A DNA stretch of 63,380 bases, the filler included, from Nemertoderma westbladi (taxonomy: Eukaryota; Animalia; Xenacoelomorpha): NCBI GenBank assembly GCA_032718475.1. It is 4 parts of 4 records of this genome, joined end to end, with 100 filler letters (N's around TTAATTAATTAA, not from the genome) between each part and the next. Parts side by side here need not be neighbours in the genome. Positions count along the whole stretch, not along the records: positions 41,362 to 60,707 come from JAUCBJ010006801.1; 3 more parts are not named here. The stretch is one strand, 5' to 3'. The notes below the pieces were generated by a model. The model was not told the DNA's origin and made no database searches. It saw only the letters and a list, made by a program, of their open reading frames with translations. The position numbers and the translations under genes are program-made. Of this stretch, positions 47,101 to 59,479 are shown piece after piece; positions within the stretch are counted from its first letter, which is position 1, and each line of letters opens with the position of its first letter.

Positions 47101-47184
47101 GCCCCAATACATCATTTTCATTCTTGAAAACTGATCATTCAATCCTACACCATCATTTGATACCACATTTTGCCTTGCAGCCAT
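44161..47184 (-). CDS. 1007-aa protein: N-terminal helical region, Q/P/H/M tandem repeats, four cold-shock-like (OB-fold) domains
   Basis: Uninterrupted ORF. Four repeats begin TYSGRC..FGYIEP, TYEGFCKFY..HGFITP, TYTGRVQF..FWFTVP and TYNGIFY..YGVIIP..IYVHF, and end in V.F...A..V-like strands, as in CSDs. Confidence 0.8.
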   Translation of the reverse strand: MAARQNVVSNDGVGLNDQFSRMKMMYWGLDMNNCISKLQEIEYKLTLFNKNYTTLLTCIVEHINSLWIADMTREAKLNKLHNTMEMMLKNQIDTLQEHINCYLFYTFLPSEQITHLQTLYDLDSKLDNYIEIWTSEILEEGAGLYSFDGKYFILPVNSQSSVVQHELDTSIMQAEGPAGRPPYTTSPATNIPYMFQEEHQTPQCHSIPNENMTIMQTPEMHQTHYMQPGSLQTQHIQPGAIQSQTFHQPPLFQGTKQPGPSQRDHMQLGFLQTQHMQPVVEQSPTFHQLHLIHSTMQPGPSQRDHMQQGAVQSQTFHQPPLIPSTMQPGPSQRDHMQLEFLQTQHMQPVVEQSPTFHQLPLIHSTMQPGPSQRDHMQLEFLQTQHMQPVVEQSPTFHQLPLIHSTMQPGPSQRDHMQLEFLQTQHMQPGVEHSPTFHQLPLIPSTMQPGPSQRDHMQLEFLQTQHMQPVVEQSPTFHQLPLIHSTMQPGPSQRDHMQLEFLQTQHMQPVVEQSPTFHQLPLIHSTMQPGPSQRDHMQLEFLQTQHMQPVVEQSPTFHQLPLIHSTMQPGHDIHQWSEKFSNSLLLTPREDLGNARLKHTQVDRNVQQLATTSEVGCILKENETYSGRCVDVRQNFGYIEPTKISKTIVRYHTSHLHSNGYRLSLKLWDDVIFQCKPKLDRNIPYIAATWVSVQGKDACCSGRIYDKPILEEDTTYEGFCKFYSEINRHGFITPKDENKIELCDCHTISFIESKIHINKYRWMRNIEEGTHFLFQFKYNRYGKRCATCVTLPGDTSCEVARNINMYQNNAAENHAQGTMNDDILKEGKTYTGRVQFSGSDDFWFTVPKVDGVELCECFSMYTSRRTIHINGRRMISENTPVKFKFINQNGRNEASIVTVSGDFNCRAAQLVNKGSGEVANTSLDVTKTYNGIFYHHYNEYHPEQYGVIIPINDEDELLCSCYNIYVHFKKTKLYNEDIKMDSERHPVNFQPQYEEAGNKGVATWMEFI
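45470..46520 (-). repeat. 120-bp (40-aa) coding tandem repeat, ~8 copies
   Basis: Blocks at 45481, 45601, 45721, 45841, 45961, 46081 and 46201 start identically. Unit QRDHMQLEFLQTQHMQPVVEQSPTFHQLPLIHSTMQPGPS. Confidence 0.95.
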
Positions 47185-47250
47185 TTTATGATAAGAGGCA
47201 TCAGATTACAGGTACATGGTAAGTATTTGTTAGGTAAGGGTATTGGTTAG

Positions 47251-47812
47251 GTTCACAATTGAGACATAAGAGATAAGCGATAAATATAAGCGATAAGAAG
47301 TAAGCGATAAGAGATAAGCTATAAGGAATATGCTTTTGGTGATAAGTGCTTGCTGCTATTCTCATATCGCTTTATTGTTCACAATATAGTAAAGTCCACC
47401 TATGCAAAATGATTATTTATTATTTACTTTATTTTACTGTATTATAACAATTATATTTTTATTTTATTTTATTATTCAGAAATCTTATTGGATGTTATTT
47501 ATTCTATATCTTTCTATTCAATTCAAAATAGAACAGTTTTTATTACACATATGTCAGTACGCCGCGAGCATAGGTTTGATTTTGACGCATTCTATAATTA
47601 CATCAGCTTATCGCTTATTTCTTATCGCCAGTTGTGAACGCATCAGCTTATCGCTTATTTCTTATCGCCAGTTGTGGACGCATCAGCTTATCGCTTATTT
47701 CTTATCGCCAGTTGTGAGTTGTCAGCTTATCTATTATCCCGATTGTGAACGCTTCGGCTTATTGCTTTTCTCTTATCGCATGTTTCTTATCGCTTATCGC
47801 TACATTGTGAAT
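47251..47812. mobile_element. MITE with GATAAG-rich inverted arms
   Basis: TTCACAAT...GATAAGCGATAAG on the left and CTTATCGCTTATCG...ATTGTGAA on the right, with internal 40-bp tandem copies at 47600-47750. Confidence 0.7.
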
Positions 47813-48149
47813 TCGCTACAGGGGCCGTATGCTTAGTTCGTACTAGGGGTAATTACTAGGGTAGTTCATTCTTCATACTATGGTAGTTTGAACTAGTTCA
47901 TATGCTCAAAGTCACTGACAATATAGTTTGAACTAGAGTTCATGCTTCTTTTGCTTAGCAAGCACATTAGTAGACTACCTAAGCTAGTTTGGTCGAATTT
48001 ATCTGAAAAATGGCAGCTTTTTCTTGATTTAAATGAGACGTATAACTATCTACAAACAATAATTGTTAAACAAGCGCGATCAGGAGCGTGTTATTACTGC
48101 TGCACTGCTGCTAACCACAAATTGCTTCTCACCGCTGGATGGTGCTAAC

Positions 48150-49400
48150 CTGGCCGTCCGCTAATATGTTTTAATAATTTTATACGGCTCCTACAAAATC
48201 GCTTGCTCCTTTCTCTACCGATCGCTCGACAAAGAGCAAACTGTTCGAATCTATGAGCCACGCGGGAATAACCAAAACAATAAACCCGAATCGGCCCCTT
48301 AAGCTACTTAAAACGAGTGTGGGGAGGTTTACACTCAGCGTGTTCACTTATCGCAATACTGGAATTCACTAACAGACTTGATGAATGTGAGAATGTTTAA
48401 ATAACTTAATGACCTACTGGGACCTATCATGGTACTGTATTCTGGGTCTAAACTTGCCTCCGGCTGGCTTTAGGCCAGCAACCTACTACTGTATACTGGA
48501 TGCTGCTATCAGCTTGTTGTCCGCTATTTTCAAATAACCGCCTAGCGTGAATAGTCTACAGTATTCTAAATAATTACTTAAACTACTCTCCGCTATGCTG
48601 CGTACAAATTCTTATTTTAATGCTAAATAATTACAGTCATAAATACGGAACAGCGTACTAATTACTAAATGTTCCAGAATACGCAATTCTAATTTATTAC
48701 GTACTGGGTTACACTAGCAACAGCCTAAATACTGTATTATTTTGACCTAATCAGCAATTTTTAAACGTAAACTAAGAAATAGAAATCAATCAAGGGAAAG
48801 GCACCTATCTAAGCATTCACAATCAAGAATCAGGCACACTTTAGCATCACACAAATCAGCGTAGCAATTAGCTAGTAGTACAGTACTGCGTTGACTACTA
48901 GTCAGCTAGTGCACTAAAACCACACAGTAGCGTATCAGTATACCAGTATAGTATGCAATTAACAATTTACAATTAGCAATTTAGCAGTGTAGAACACGAG
49001 GCCTCCCCCGGCTACATATAGGCTTCCTAACTAACCCAAGTCCTGCCCCCTAACACTACAAATAGAGACAAAATCTGGATCGTCACCCCCCTAATACTGT
49101 ACCGGCGACAGGTCTTCAGTCCCCACTGACTACCTCCCGACCGCAATGGTGACCCCCCGCCAGCGTTGCCCGTTTTTGAATCCTCTGCACTCCCTTCATC
49201 GCTACCCCCCGGTGCGCCCGCCGCGCCTACCGGTACCTTAGCCCTCCATTAGAACGAATAGCTACCGTAGCGGCGCATGCATTTACAAACAGTCTGGCAG
49301 TCTAAGGAAATCCCGTGGGATTATCGCATCTTAATCACATAGAAAACTATCAATCAAAGGTATAAATCATAGTTCGAGGTTGTAATTTGCAGTAACCATT
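48150..49400. repeat. Diverged second copy of the unclassified non-coding repeat at 5040-6250
   Basis: Colinear shared blocks such as AATAACCAAAACAATAAA, GCAACAGCCTAAATAC, CCTACCGGTACC and GGCGCATGCATTTACAAACAGTCTG. Confidence 0.8.
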
Positions 49401-50064
49401 AATAATTGAGAAAACAAAGCCATACAAAACCGGTTCGATAAGGCGGGTATTGAATTTGTCACAGATTTGATTCGATACAACATCACCAAAATCAGTCAGA
49501 TGAAATTCCGATTGCTCCCGAATAAAGGTTATGAGTGCTATGCGCTACCTTGCCAGCAATTCACACCATTGCTCAAGCCCATGCCTTCCACATTGACCAA
49601 CGTGTAAGCGGATTCAATTCCACATCATTACCCACCAGAAAATGGGTCTAGTGGCATTTTAGCAATATGTTGGGGATACGAGATTACCAATAATAATCTT
49701 GTATCATAACCAACATTGGGGGGGGGGGGGGGACACAAGCCCCAAAGCCACAGAGAAAGGTGAGAGGTCAAACCACCTCAGAGGGAAGACAGCTAGTAGA
49801 GGCTAGCAGCGGGGGGAAACACTCCCAGGGAGTGCCAAAGTGACAAGTAGTATATTAGCCAATAGTGGGGAGTGAAGCACGTGATAGGGAACAGGAAAGC
49901 ATCCATTGGGTAAAGGGCCAAAGGTAGAGTAGGAGGTAAACCAATATTCATTGTATTAATCATATATTACCTTACATTTCTGGTTTACTGGTCAGTTGTG
50001 TTATTCAGTTCAGTGAGTGCAGACCAGTCATAGTTAATGACCGCCACCGCCATACCGGTAACAA

Positions 50065-53000
50065 ATAAGGGCAAATTCAGGTCAGCTCTTCTTATGCAGA
50101 ATTCCTGCTACCATTATTGCAGTAACATGGTACTACCTGCCTCTGCCTGTCCCTACTTCCATGCTGAGTGGATGTATGCTTTTCCCTGGTCCTAGAGCTG
50201 GACCCTCATACCTGGCTGCAGGGTATGGGACTTGATCAGGCAGAAGGTCATCAACCAATGGCTGGTCAAGTATTAGGATGTACCTTGCGTCTATAAAGAC
50301 GAAGGTACCTCCCACTGCAAGCTGCACCTGTAGCAGGGGTGTAGTATATGGCCTGGCAGATGAGCCACTTGCCAATGGTGGGCCATATGTACCAGGGGAG
50401 CTTTGGGAGATGGGCCCATTGTAACCCCACTGCAACACCCACCCTGTGGACTTGCAAATCAGGGTGTGGTACCTGCCCCGAGAGCGTACTCGGTAACAAA
50501 GCAGCCCCCCTTTCTAACCACAATGGATAGTACCAGTAACGTGGAGGACCGGCCATCTGGGGCCAGTGGAGAACCCGGACTTACAAGGCCCCACAGGCGC
50601 CAGTCTTCTCCTGACAGGCAGTCTGTATCCAAACCCCTAGGAGAGGGAGGAGCCGGCATTGCTTTACCCCTCCCTGATAATGACCCACTTGGCCCAAACC
50701 CTATTGGAGGGAAGGCCAAATGGCGAAATTCAGTCTGGGATTTCCAATGCAGACTCTTCCCACTGGGCTCATGTACCATCTAGGCCCAAAAACCCCCTGG
50801 TGAAAATGAGACAAGTTACCATGCTTGCCTCAATAAATCCCAGGACTCTCAACCCACCACTGCAACAAGGGGAACTTACTGCTCTTGCAGATAAGCTGAA
50901 CCTGACTGCAGTCGGTATTCAGGAACACCGCATGAGGTGCTCTGAAGAGTTAAGATACCAGGATATGGGTGGTGGTTGGCAGCTTGTTCATTCCTCAGTG
51001 GATGATCAGGGAAACGGGGGAGTGGGTCTGCTTTTAAATCCAACTGCTTTAGACAGCACTAGAAAAGGTAGAAGCCATTTCCCCCCGTATAATTTGCTAC
51101 CACTTCACTTGCGCTGGTAAGATGGCAAAAAAGTTCCCCAAGGTTGTGATTATGGTATGCTATTCTCCAACTAGTACTGCTGATATAGCTGATGTAGACA
51201 CATTCTATAACCAGCTGCAAGCAGCTACTGACTGTATAGACAAGCATGCCTTTCTCACTATCCTTGGCGACTTCAATGCCAGCTTACCAAGATCCTCTTC
51301 TAACCCATGGGTTTATAGTGACACTGTAAACCGAAATACAGGTCATTTGCAAGATTTTCTTCTGGCAAATGAGCTGTTTTCGGCCAATACAAATTTCCAA
51401 AAACGACCTGGAAAGCTGTACACCCATGTGGGACCCAGTGGTCATAAGTCCCAGATAGACCACCTCATCTTCCATAAGAAATACAGAGGATCAATAATTG
51501 ACTGCTCTTGTCTCACAGTGCGCACATTTCAGACTGACCATCGATTGGTTATGGGAAAGACCAAATTAAGCCTTCGTGCAAACAAGGGTCTTAAAAAGTC
51601 CACCCCACATCATGACTGGTCTACCTTGGTTAAAAACCCAATTATAAAGGATAACTTTACAATTGAGGTTACAAATAGATATTCCAGTCTCATAAATGAA
51701 GAAATGAACCACTGTGAGAAATATACCCAGTTTGCTGCAGCAGTAAAGTCAGCTGCAAAGAAAACTGTTCCTCTAAAGCCACGGAAGTTGAAGAAGATCC
51801 CCTGGGCAGACCAGCACATTCTAGACCTGCGAGAGGCATTGAACAAAGCCCAAAGAGAGTAGCGTAGCCGACGTACAACTTCTGCAGAAAATGCAGTGAA
51901 AGCTTCAGTGAAATCTCTAAACAAGCAATACTCGATTAATAAAGCAAAGCTTATCAGCGAGCAGGTTGATACTATCAATGCTGCTGACGAAAGCAGGAAA
52001 TCTGCTGAAGCCTGGCAAGCAATCAACCTGCTCTCTGGAAGAAAAAGCCAACCAAATGCCAAGGTGAAGGCTGATTCTCCAGCCGACCGCTTGGCAGGCT
52101 GGAAGTCTCATTTCGAGAAATTGCTAAATAATGATCGAGAACTGACTGACGATTTCACTGTAAAGCCTGTGTCACACACAATACTCTCAGACATCCCAAT
52201 TGGTGACATAACATTCGAAGAGGTCTTAACTGCTTCGAATGACATTAAAACCAATAGGGCATCTGGTGTCGATGATGTGCCTCCCGAGGTCTTTAAGATC
52301 AGAGAATGCCTTCAACTAGCCCACCCTATCCTAGTAGAAATGTACCGCACTAAGATTGCACCACAAGAACTGAAGACTAATCGGCTAACACCCGTTCCAA
52401 AGAAGGGCAACATCCCCTATTTTGGTTCATATCGTGGAATTAGTCTAATCTCAATTGTAGCTAAATTATTCAACAGAATAATGCTGAATCGCATTAGGGA
52501 TCCTGTAGAAAGACTCTTGCATGGGAATCAAAATGGGTTTCGAAAAGGTAGAGGTACCTTTGAACCCATTCTGGCACTTAGAAGGATTATTGAAGAGGTT
52601 TCTACAAAGAAAGACAGACATTTGGCTGTCATATTTGTGGATTTCTTCAAGGCCTTCGATTCCGTGTCACGCCCACGCATGTTCCAAATTCTTCAGGCAT
52701 ATGGGATCCCCAATGAGATCATTAATGCAATCAGATCAGTATATTACGGTTCCACAACCTTTGTATCCACTACTGATGGAGACACAGACCCATTTGAGGT
52801 TCTCTGGGGTGTCCTTCAAGGAGACACATTAGCCCCGTTCCTCTTCATTATTGTGGTGGACTATGTGCTGTGGACATCACTCGATCTTCATGAAGCTGAT
52901 GGGGTGGAAATATCTCCACCATCAGGTAGCCGTAGACGTGGTTCCCCAGCAGAACATCTAACCAACCTTGACTTTGCAGATGACCTTGGTTTACTGTCAG

Positions 53001-53773
53001 AGACATTAGAAGGAGCACAGAAGCTGCTATATAGCTTAGAGGAGGCTGCATCTAGTGTTGGCCTCTTTGTGAATAGCACAAAGACCAAAATTCTGACAGT
53101 AAACATGGATTCAGATCAGCAGAAAATTGATCGGGATAACATTCAATCGCTGGATGGACTGGTAAGTCATGTGAACGACTTCTGCTACCTTGGATCATGG
53201 GTTCGGAGGTCTGATGAAGATCTCCGAATTCGCAAAGGGAAAGCCTGGTCCGCCATCCACAAGCTATCCAGGATCTGGAAGAGCTCTGACATCTCATGCT
53301 CTCTAAAGGTACGCCTTTTCCGTGCAGCAGTGGAGCCTGTGCTGCTCTATGGCAGCCCATGCTGGGCTCTAACTGCTGAAGACACCAGGTCCTTGGATGG
53401 CACATACACCAGGATGCTTCGCCGGGTGCACAACATAGCATATGATGCACACATAAGCAATGAGGTGTTATATAAATATGGTAACATCTCATTGCCAAGA
53501 CCTAGCATCACCCTGCAGAAACGCCGTCTAATGCTTGCTGGGCACTGTTTCCGCCGGCAGGATCAACCTGTACACAACCTTGTGCTGTGGCAGCCTGCTG
53601 GCGAGAATAGACGTGGTGGACAGCCAATGACTTTCCTCAAACGCCTGCTCAAGGACACAGGACTAGAGAACAGGAATGAATTAGGAAATTGTATGGCTGA
53701 CCGCAAGATCTGGGGGCGCTATGTTTCTGGGGCCGCCGGCACTACTGCACCCTAGTGCAAGCCGATCATCATC
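50065..53773 (+). mobile_element. Near full-length RTE-clade LINE (APE plus RT) inserted in the BEL LTR
   Basis: Putative TSD AACAA (50060-50064 and 53774-53778) and (ATC)n tail. APE motifs GIQEHR, GGVG, YSPT, GDFNA, QIDH, TDH; RT motifs YRGISL, QNGFR, FVDFFKAFDSV, GVLQGD, DFADD. One frameshift (~51055) and one in-frame TAG (51860-51862). Confidence 0.95.
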
Positions 53774-55699
53774 AACAATTAATCTGTATTTTCTGCTCAT
53801 TTACTGGCGTGCTATTATTGCCCATATTAATTAATATTGAGAGACAACAGAAAATTTAACTGTTTTCCCAAACAGCCTCGGCGAAAGCTAGTAGCACAAT
53901 CCCCAGCAGAACGGTGACGCGTACTTTAACAACCCGGTTGGGATCTCTGATCCCGTCACAGTCATTAACTTCCAACTGCCATCAAACTGTGACTGCTAAA
54001 AGAAAGATGAGTGATCAGGAGCCCCGAGGATTATCAGAGGGAGAGAGGACGCCACCGCAGAGCCCGGATGATACCAACCAAATGATCCGTGAGGCCGCGA
54101 TGAGACGGTATCGGCCTGCCACGCCAGATTCGCCAACAAGAGACGATACAGCTGCCCAAGCAGAGGGTGGTCGTCAACCACGAGAGGGAGGCGAGTTGAC
54201 ACTCGATGACGGTCGGAGTACTGAAGTCGCCGGCCAGCCACAGGCCGAAGGCGATGGATGGCCCACCGGAACGGCGACGGTGGGGCCACCGGTATGACAC
54301 CGGACGAGGAGAGGAGGAGGAGTCGGCGAAGAGGACGTCGGGACGAGTAATCGGCTACGGCGGGCCTACAACGCCACCAAGAAACTGCTCAAGGAGGCCA
54401 AAGAAGGGAGAAAGGTAGACCAGCCTAAACTACATCAGAGGCTAGGTGAGTCGAATAAACATTTTCGATATTTAGTCCGTTTTGGACAGGGAGAACTGGC
54501 GAGTGAGAAAGCGAGGGGGGTCGACATGGAACTGTTTGAATTGTGGCGGTCCGGGGTAATGGAGCTTGAGGTAGTGTACGTAGGGCCCTACTTAGTGGAT
54601 GCTAGGGTAATTAAGTTAGTGGGTTGGGCGGACCCGCATGACGGCGAACCCGAGGTTAACCCCGAGGATTCGGTGTTGTCGGTCAGTGTGAACCCCAGAA
54701 AGCGGGGGAAAGTTAGTAGGACAGAGAGGCGATGGGAGTCCGTCGCGAGCAATAAGTCCGCTACATCCTCCGCAAAAGCAAGAAGGGTGTTAGAGATAGA
54801 TCTGGCATGTCAATTAGACTGTGTGGCGCTGGATCAGAGGGAGTTGGAGAGGCAACTGGATGAGGGAACCGCGTTATTAGAGAAAGAGAGAGAGAGAGTT
54901 AGCGAGAGAGTGTAAAGAGAGGGCCGAGAGGGTGGCGAGAAACTGTAGGGAGCGGGAAGAGAGAGAGAGATGAACGAGCGTGAAGAGCGGGGGGTGAGAG
55001 TAGATAAGGAGCATAAAGAGCAGGAGACGAGAATAGAGAACGAGCTTAGAGAGCGGGAGGCGAGGGAGGCAGAATTAGCGAACCAAAGTTTGTGAGAGAA
55101 TAGAGGGAGAGAGAGAGCGGGAAAGTGTATGCGGGATGATATGCATACCCGGTTGAGGGGGCTTATGCAATACCATGCAAAGCCAAAGCGGCAGTTAGAA
55201 CTGGCAAAGTTGGGATTATCGGAGAGTGAGGCTGGATCGGGTAGTATTTATGAGGAGCAAGAAGTAATGGAAACGTTTGTTAATACCCCACTTACAGGCA
55301 CCGGACGACAGACCCAGGACTGGTATAACCGTACGGACGGGGGGGGGGGGGGGGGGGGGGGTAATAATAATATGTTAGAAGGAATTAATATTAATAGTAC
55401 CGTAGTAGACAACCCTAATCAAACCTTTGTTGCAGGAAATAGTATTTTACCCGGTAATAATAATTTTGATTTAAATGTGCAAAATAACCCAAATAATAAT
55501 ATTTATTTAAACGAACAAAACAACCCAAATAATAATACTAATATAAGCGCACAAAATAATCCAAATAATAATCCTAATCTAAATTTAAATTTAAATAACC
55601 CCAATTCCGAACAAAATAATTTAAATAATTTAGATAACAATATTATTGATAACGGTGCTATTAATACGAATGTAGGGAACACAGGTGGTCCGGCCAGCA

Positions 55700-55870
55700 A
55701 GAGCCTGCAAGGCCACGTAGTTACGCAGGGAGTAGCGGGGGTGAGTCACCCCAATGGGAGCCTGCAAGGCCACGTAGTTAGGCAGGGAGTAGCGGGGGTG
55801 AGTCAACCCGACGGGAGCCTGCAAGGACACGCAGTCGCACAGAGAGTGGCGGGGGTGAGCAGACCCAGCC
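55700..55870 (+). repeat. 60-bp x3 repeat following an Asn-rich tract in the BEL gag N-terminal region
   Basis: SLQGHVV.QGVAGVS.P repeated three times in ORF 55129-55986. Confidence 0.85.
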
Positions 55871-58800
55871 ATAGTAGAGACAAGGCGTCGACTAGAGAGG
55901 GGCATAGAAGCAAAGTAAGAGGTAGCGAAGTAAGAGGTGGTGAATGGAGAGGGGGTGGGGGGGGGACTACGGGCGCCCCACCATGAGAGATTAGTGGCGT
56001 GAGGGGGGGGGGGCAGAGAATGTCCCACAAGCGTCGGCGGATAATGTGCGGGGCGAGTTAGGTGAACCACGGCACCCGACGATGGAAAATAGTTGGGGGA
56101 TCAGCCCAGTATCCCCAGGAGCGTCCAACTGGCTAGAGAGAGAGAGGTTGGCGTTGTGAGCAGGCGAGCGACAAGGCATCGAGCTCGGTCAGAAGACGGA
56201 AGAAGAACAGTGGAGTTTAACCCGGAGGTCTAAGAGAGATCTCATGAGCGGGATCGCTACACTGAAGAGAGAAGAAGTGAAGAGAATCGAAGAAGCGTTG
56301 CTACGAGCAACCGGAGAGCAAGGACGGACAGCGAACCGTTGGTACCAGAGATGGAGTTAGAGAGTCAGTGGGGTCGAACTCCGGGAGATTGCCGTCACCC
56401 TGGAGAGACGCAGCCTGGTGAGATATACCATACACCGGGAGAAGGGTACAGCATATACCAGCACGAGGACGGGGACAGGAGAGGGGATCGAAGAGAAACT
56501 TCCCGACGGGATATAGCTGCCAATCGAGAGTACGGTGGTTGCGGGGAGGTCTTCTTGGAATATTCGAGAAGATTAAACTTTGGTCCGGAAGGACACAGGC
56601 AGACTGCAGGACATACAGTAGGCCTTACTGCACATACTATAGGCCATGCTGGAAGAGATAGTGTAGGCGATAGGGTAGTGCGAACAACGAGATTAGATCC
56701 GGAAGTCGCGGCGTATATACCGGTAGGTAGTCAAGAAGTGGATAGGCCTATACTGGTACCTGCACACCAGTATGACTATAATATGCAGGGATATAACATA
56801 TACCCAGGGGAGGGGGGAGTTATTGCAGATAAGTATGTGGGCTGGGCCCCAATATATTAACATCAACCCCAGTACCAAACACAACGCCGGTGGGGGGGGG
56901 GGGGGGGGGGGCAGGGTGACATTCCCCCATTACAATATACGGGCGAACCACACCCAACAGGAGAGTCTGTACAGTATCCATCGAACCCATTGGAAGCACA
57001 GGCGATGGGAATAGCAACACTTATTGATGCGCTTAAGACCAGGATCGAGCTACCACCAGTTGAGCCATTTAAATTCGACGTAAAAGCAGACAGGAAGAAT
57101 ACCTGCAATTACGACGCATGTACAGTAATGAAATATTAACAAAAAATCTGACGCAGGCAGAGTGCCTAAAATATTTACAGGTTTACACGGGGGGCCCAGC
57201 GTATGATATCGTAAGGCAGTATCAAGGTATCGAGGGTGGATTCACGACTGCATGGCGGGCCCTAGACAGGGAATACGGACACCCTGCCAAGATCATCCGG
57301 CAGACCTTGAGGGGAATAACATCGGGTGGCCTACAGGATAACCCTGTCAGTATAAAGACTTTCGCGAATAAGGTCGAGAAGGCACTGATCGTGCTAAAGA
57401 CCTTGGATGCGCCATACGAGCTCAATGCATCGAATAACATCACCACGATAGTGCAGGCACTGCCAATCCGGCTATGGAATACGTGGAGGAAGATCGCCTT
57501 CTCCACCCAAGAGAAGAAGGGTGCAGAGCCAGGCCTAGAAGAAATGTTGAACTTCCTCAATTATGAGGCAGAGCTGATTACAAACCCAGTCTACAGTGAG
57601 GATTGTTTGGGGAAGACACCGAAAGCTGAATATAACAGGCCTAAATCCGAACATATCCGGCAGATGCATTCCCGACAGTGAGACAGTGCTACCACATGCG
57701 GCCATGCAGGGGACTACAAGTCCACAGTTATCTGGGAGTAGGGCCACACCGTGGCAGGGACAGCAACAAAATAACAACACGAACAAATATAATCCCAACA
57801 CACCCAGTAGGCCGAGTCCAAATAACCAAAACACTAAACCGGTAGATATGAATCTACGCGCAATAAGTGAACGGGATATACAGGGAGCGCTACAATCCAG
57901 GATACGAATGCCAATTTCATAGGGATGGAACCCATGAGACCATGAGTTGTAAGCATTGGCAAGCGTTGCCTAAACAAGATTGTGTAGCCTACGCAGATAC
58001 AAACAGACTATGTCATCGATGTGTGGTAGAAGGACACAGATTCGGAGAGTGTAGAGAAACACCGATAGGAGACGATGAGACTGGAGGCCAAACTATGGCT
58101 ATGAGCATGATGGGAGCAAGAAGAAAGAGGAAAGTACTACTCGGGGTAATACCAGTGAGGATAAAAGGAAAGGGTGGCCAATCAGTCACAACATTGATGC
58201 TGGTCGACAGCGGAGCAGCCTTCACGCTGGTGGAGAATTGGGTGGCCGAGGAGATAGGGTTACAGACGAGGCTGAGTAGGATGGCAGTAACTACTATCTC
58301 GAGTAAGGATGAGGTCCTGGAGATGAGGATGGGACGGTGCTAGATATCAGCAATAGCACCGGGATGTGACTATGGGGCGACCATCAACCCCATTCAGATA
58401 ATAGAATCGATCAACATAAATGCCAGGCGACCAACTAAGATCGAGTTCGAGCAATACCGGTTCCTGAACGGTATCGATTTCTCAATACCGAAAGTGGACG
58501 TCTCGAAGGTATCCATCATAGTCAGAATGGACTGTCCAACGGCCCACGAGAGAGTAAGGACCATATTCGGAGAGAATAAGCAGCGGGATCTGACAGCGAT
58601 TCTCACGCCGTTCGGATGGACGCTTAGTGGCCCAATTAAAACCAAGGGAGTCAGAGACATAAGGGTGCATGCTATCAGGCACCGTTGAGGACGTAGAGGA
58701 GAAACCAGAGGCGGGCGATGGGGAGGTCCCATGTGAGAAGCGGCCCGGGGAAGGATACCAGGAGTTGGGTATGGATCTGGAACCACGCATAGTGGAGCAT

Positions 58801-59479
58801 GGTGAAAGGATAGAGGATAGTTCCAGAGAAATACCGTCGGTAGATGAATTAGGAGGGGAAGCTACAGCAAGAGAGTGGGCGGAGGAGAATGGATTCGACG
58901 CGGAAGTCTTAGAGACGCTGGGATGGAACAAGGATGTTCCCGGCAACTATCGGTATGAGGATGGAGAAGAGTGGACGGCGAGATGTCTGGAAAAGTGTCC
59001 GGAGGAGACGCTGGTCCGGTTGAGAGGCATACTGAAAAGGGGAGGTCAAATAAGAAGACAGGGTGGAAAGGGATAGGATTACTATTATCCATTCTGTTTT
59101 ATCTATTCTTTCGATTTCTTTTCATTCTACCGCCAGGTGAAGGGTGGCATTTTGCTGCCAGGGGACCATGAGGAAATCAAGAAGGCGACTGAAAGACCCG
59201 ATTTTAGGGTGGTGAAGAAGGGAGAATCAATTCCTAGAGAGTTGGAATCGACAAGGTGAGTGGGGCGAAGGATAAGAGGACCTACAGGGGGGCAGTGGGA
59301 GAGTGCCTGCTGGAAGAATCGCCCTTGAAGTTTAGTCGTCCAACATGTTGGACTGAGGGGGGTGAGAATGAGGGCGAGACGCCCTTCCCACACAAAATAT
59401 AAGAAAATAATAAAATAAGATAGTGAGATAGTAGAAAGTTAGAAAGTAACAGTAGTAGATAGTACGTAGCACTAAGTAA

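Noticed and set aside
51860-51862. Programmed readthrough in the RTE ORF
   Set aside because: The copy also has a frameshift near 51055, so ordinary decay is the simpler explanation.
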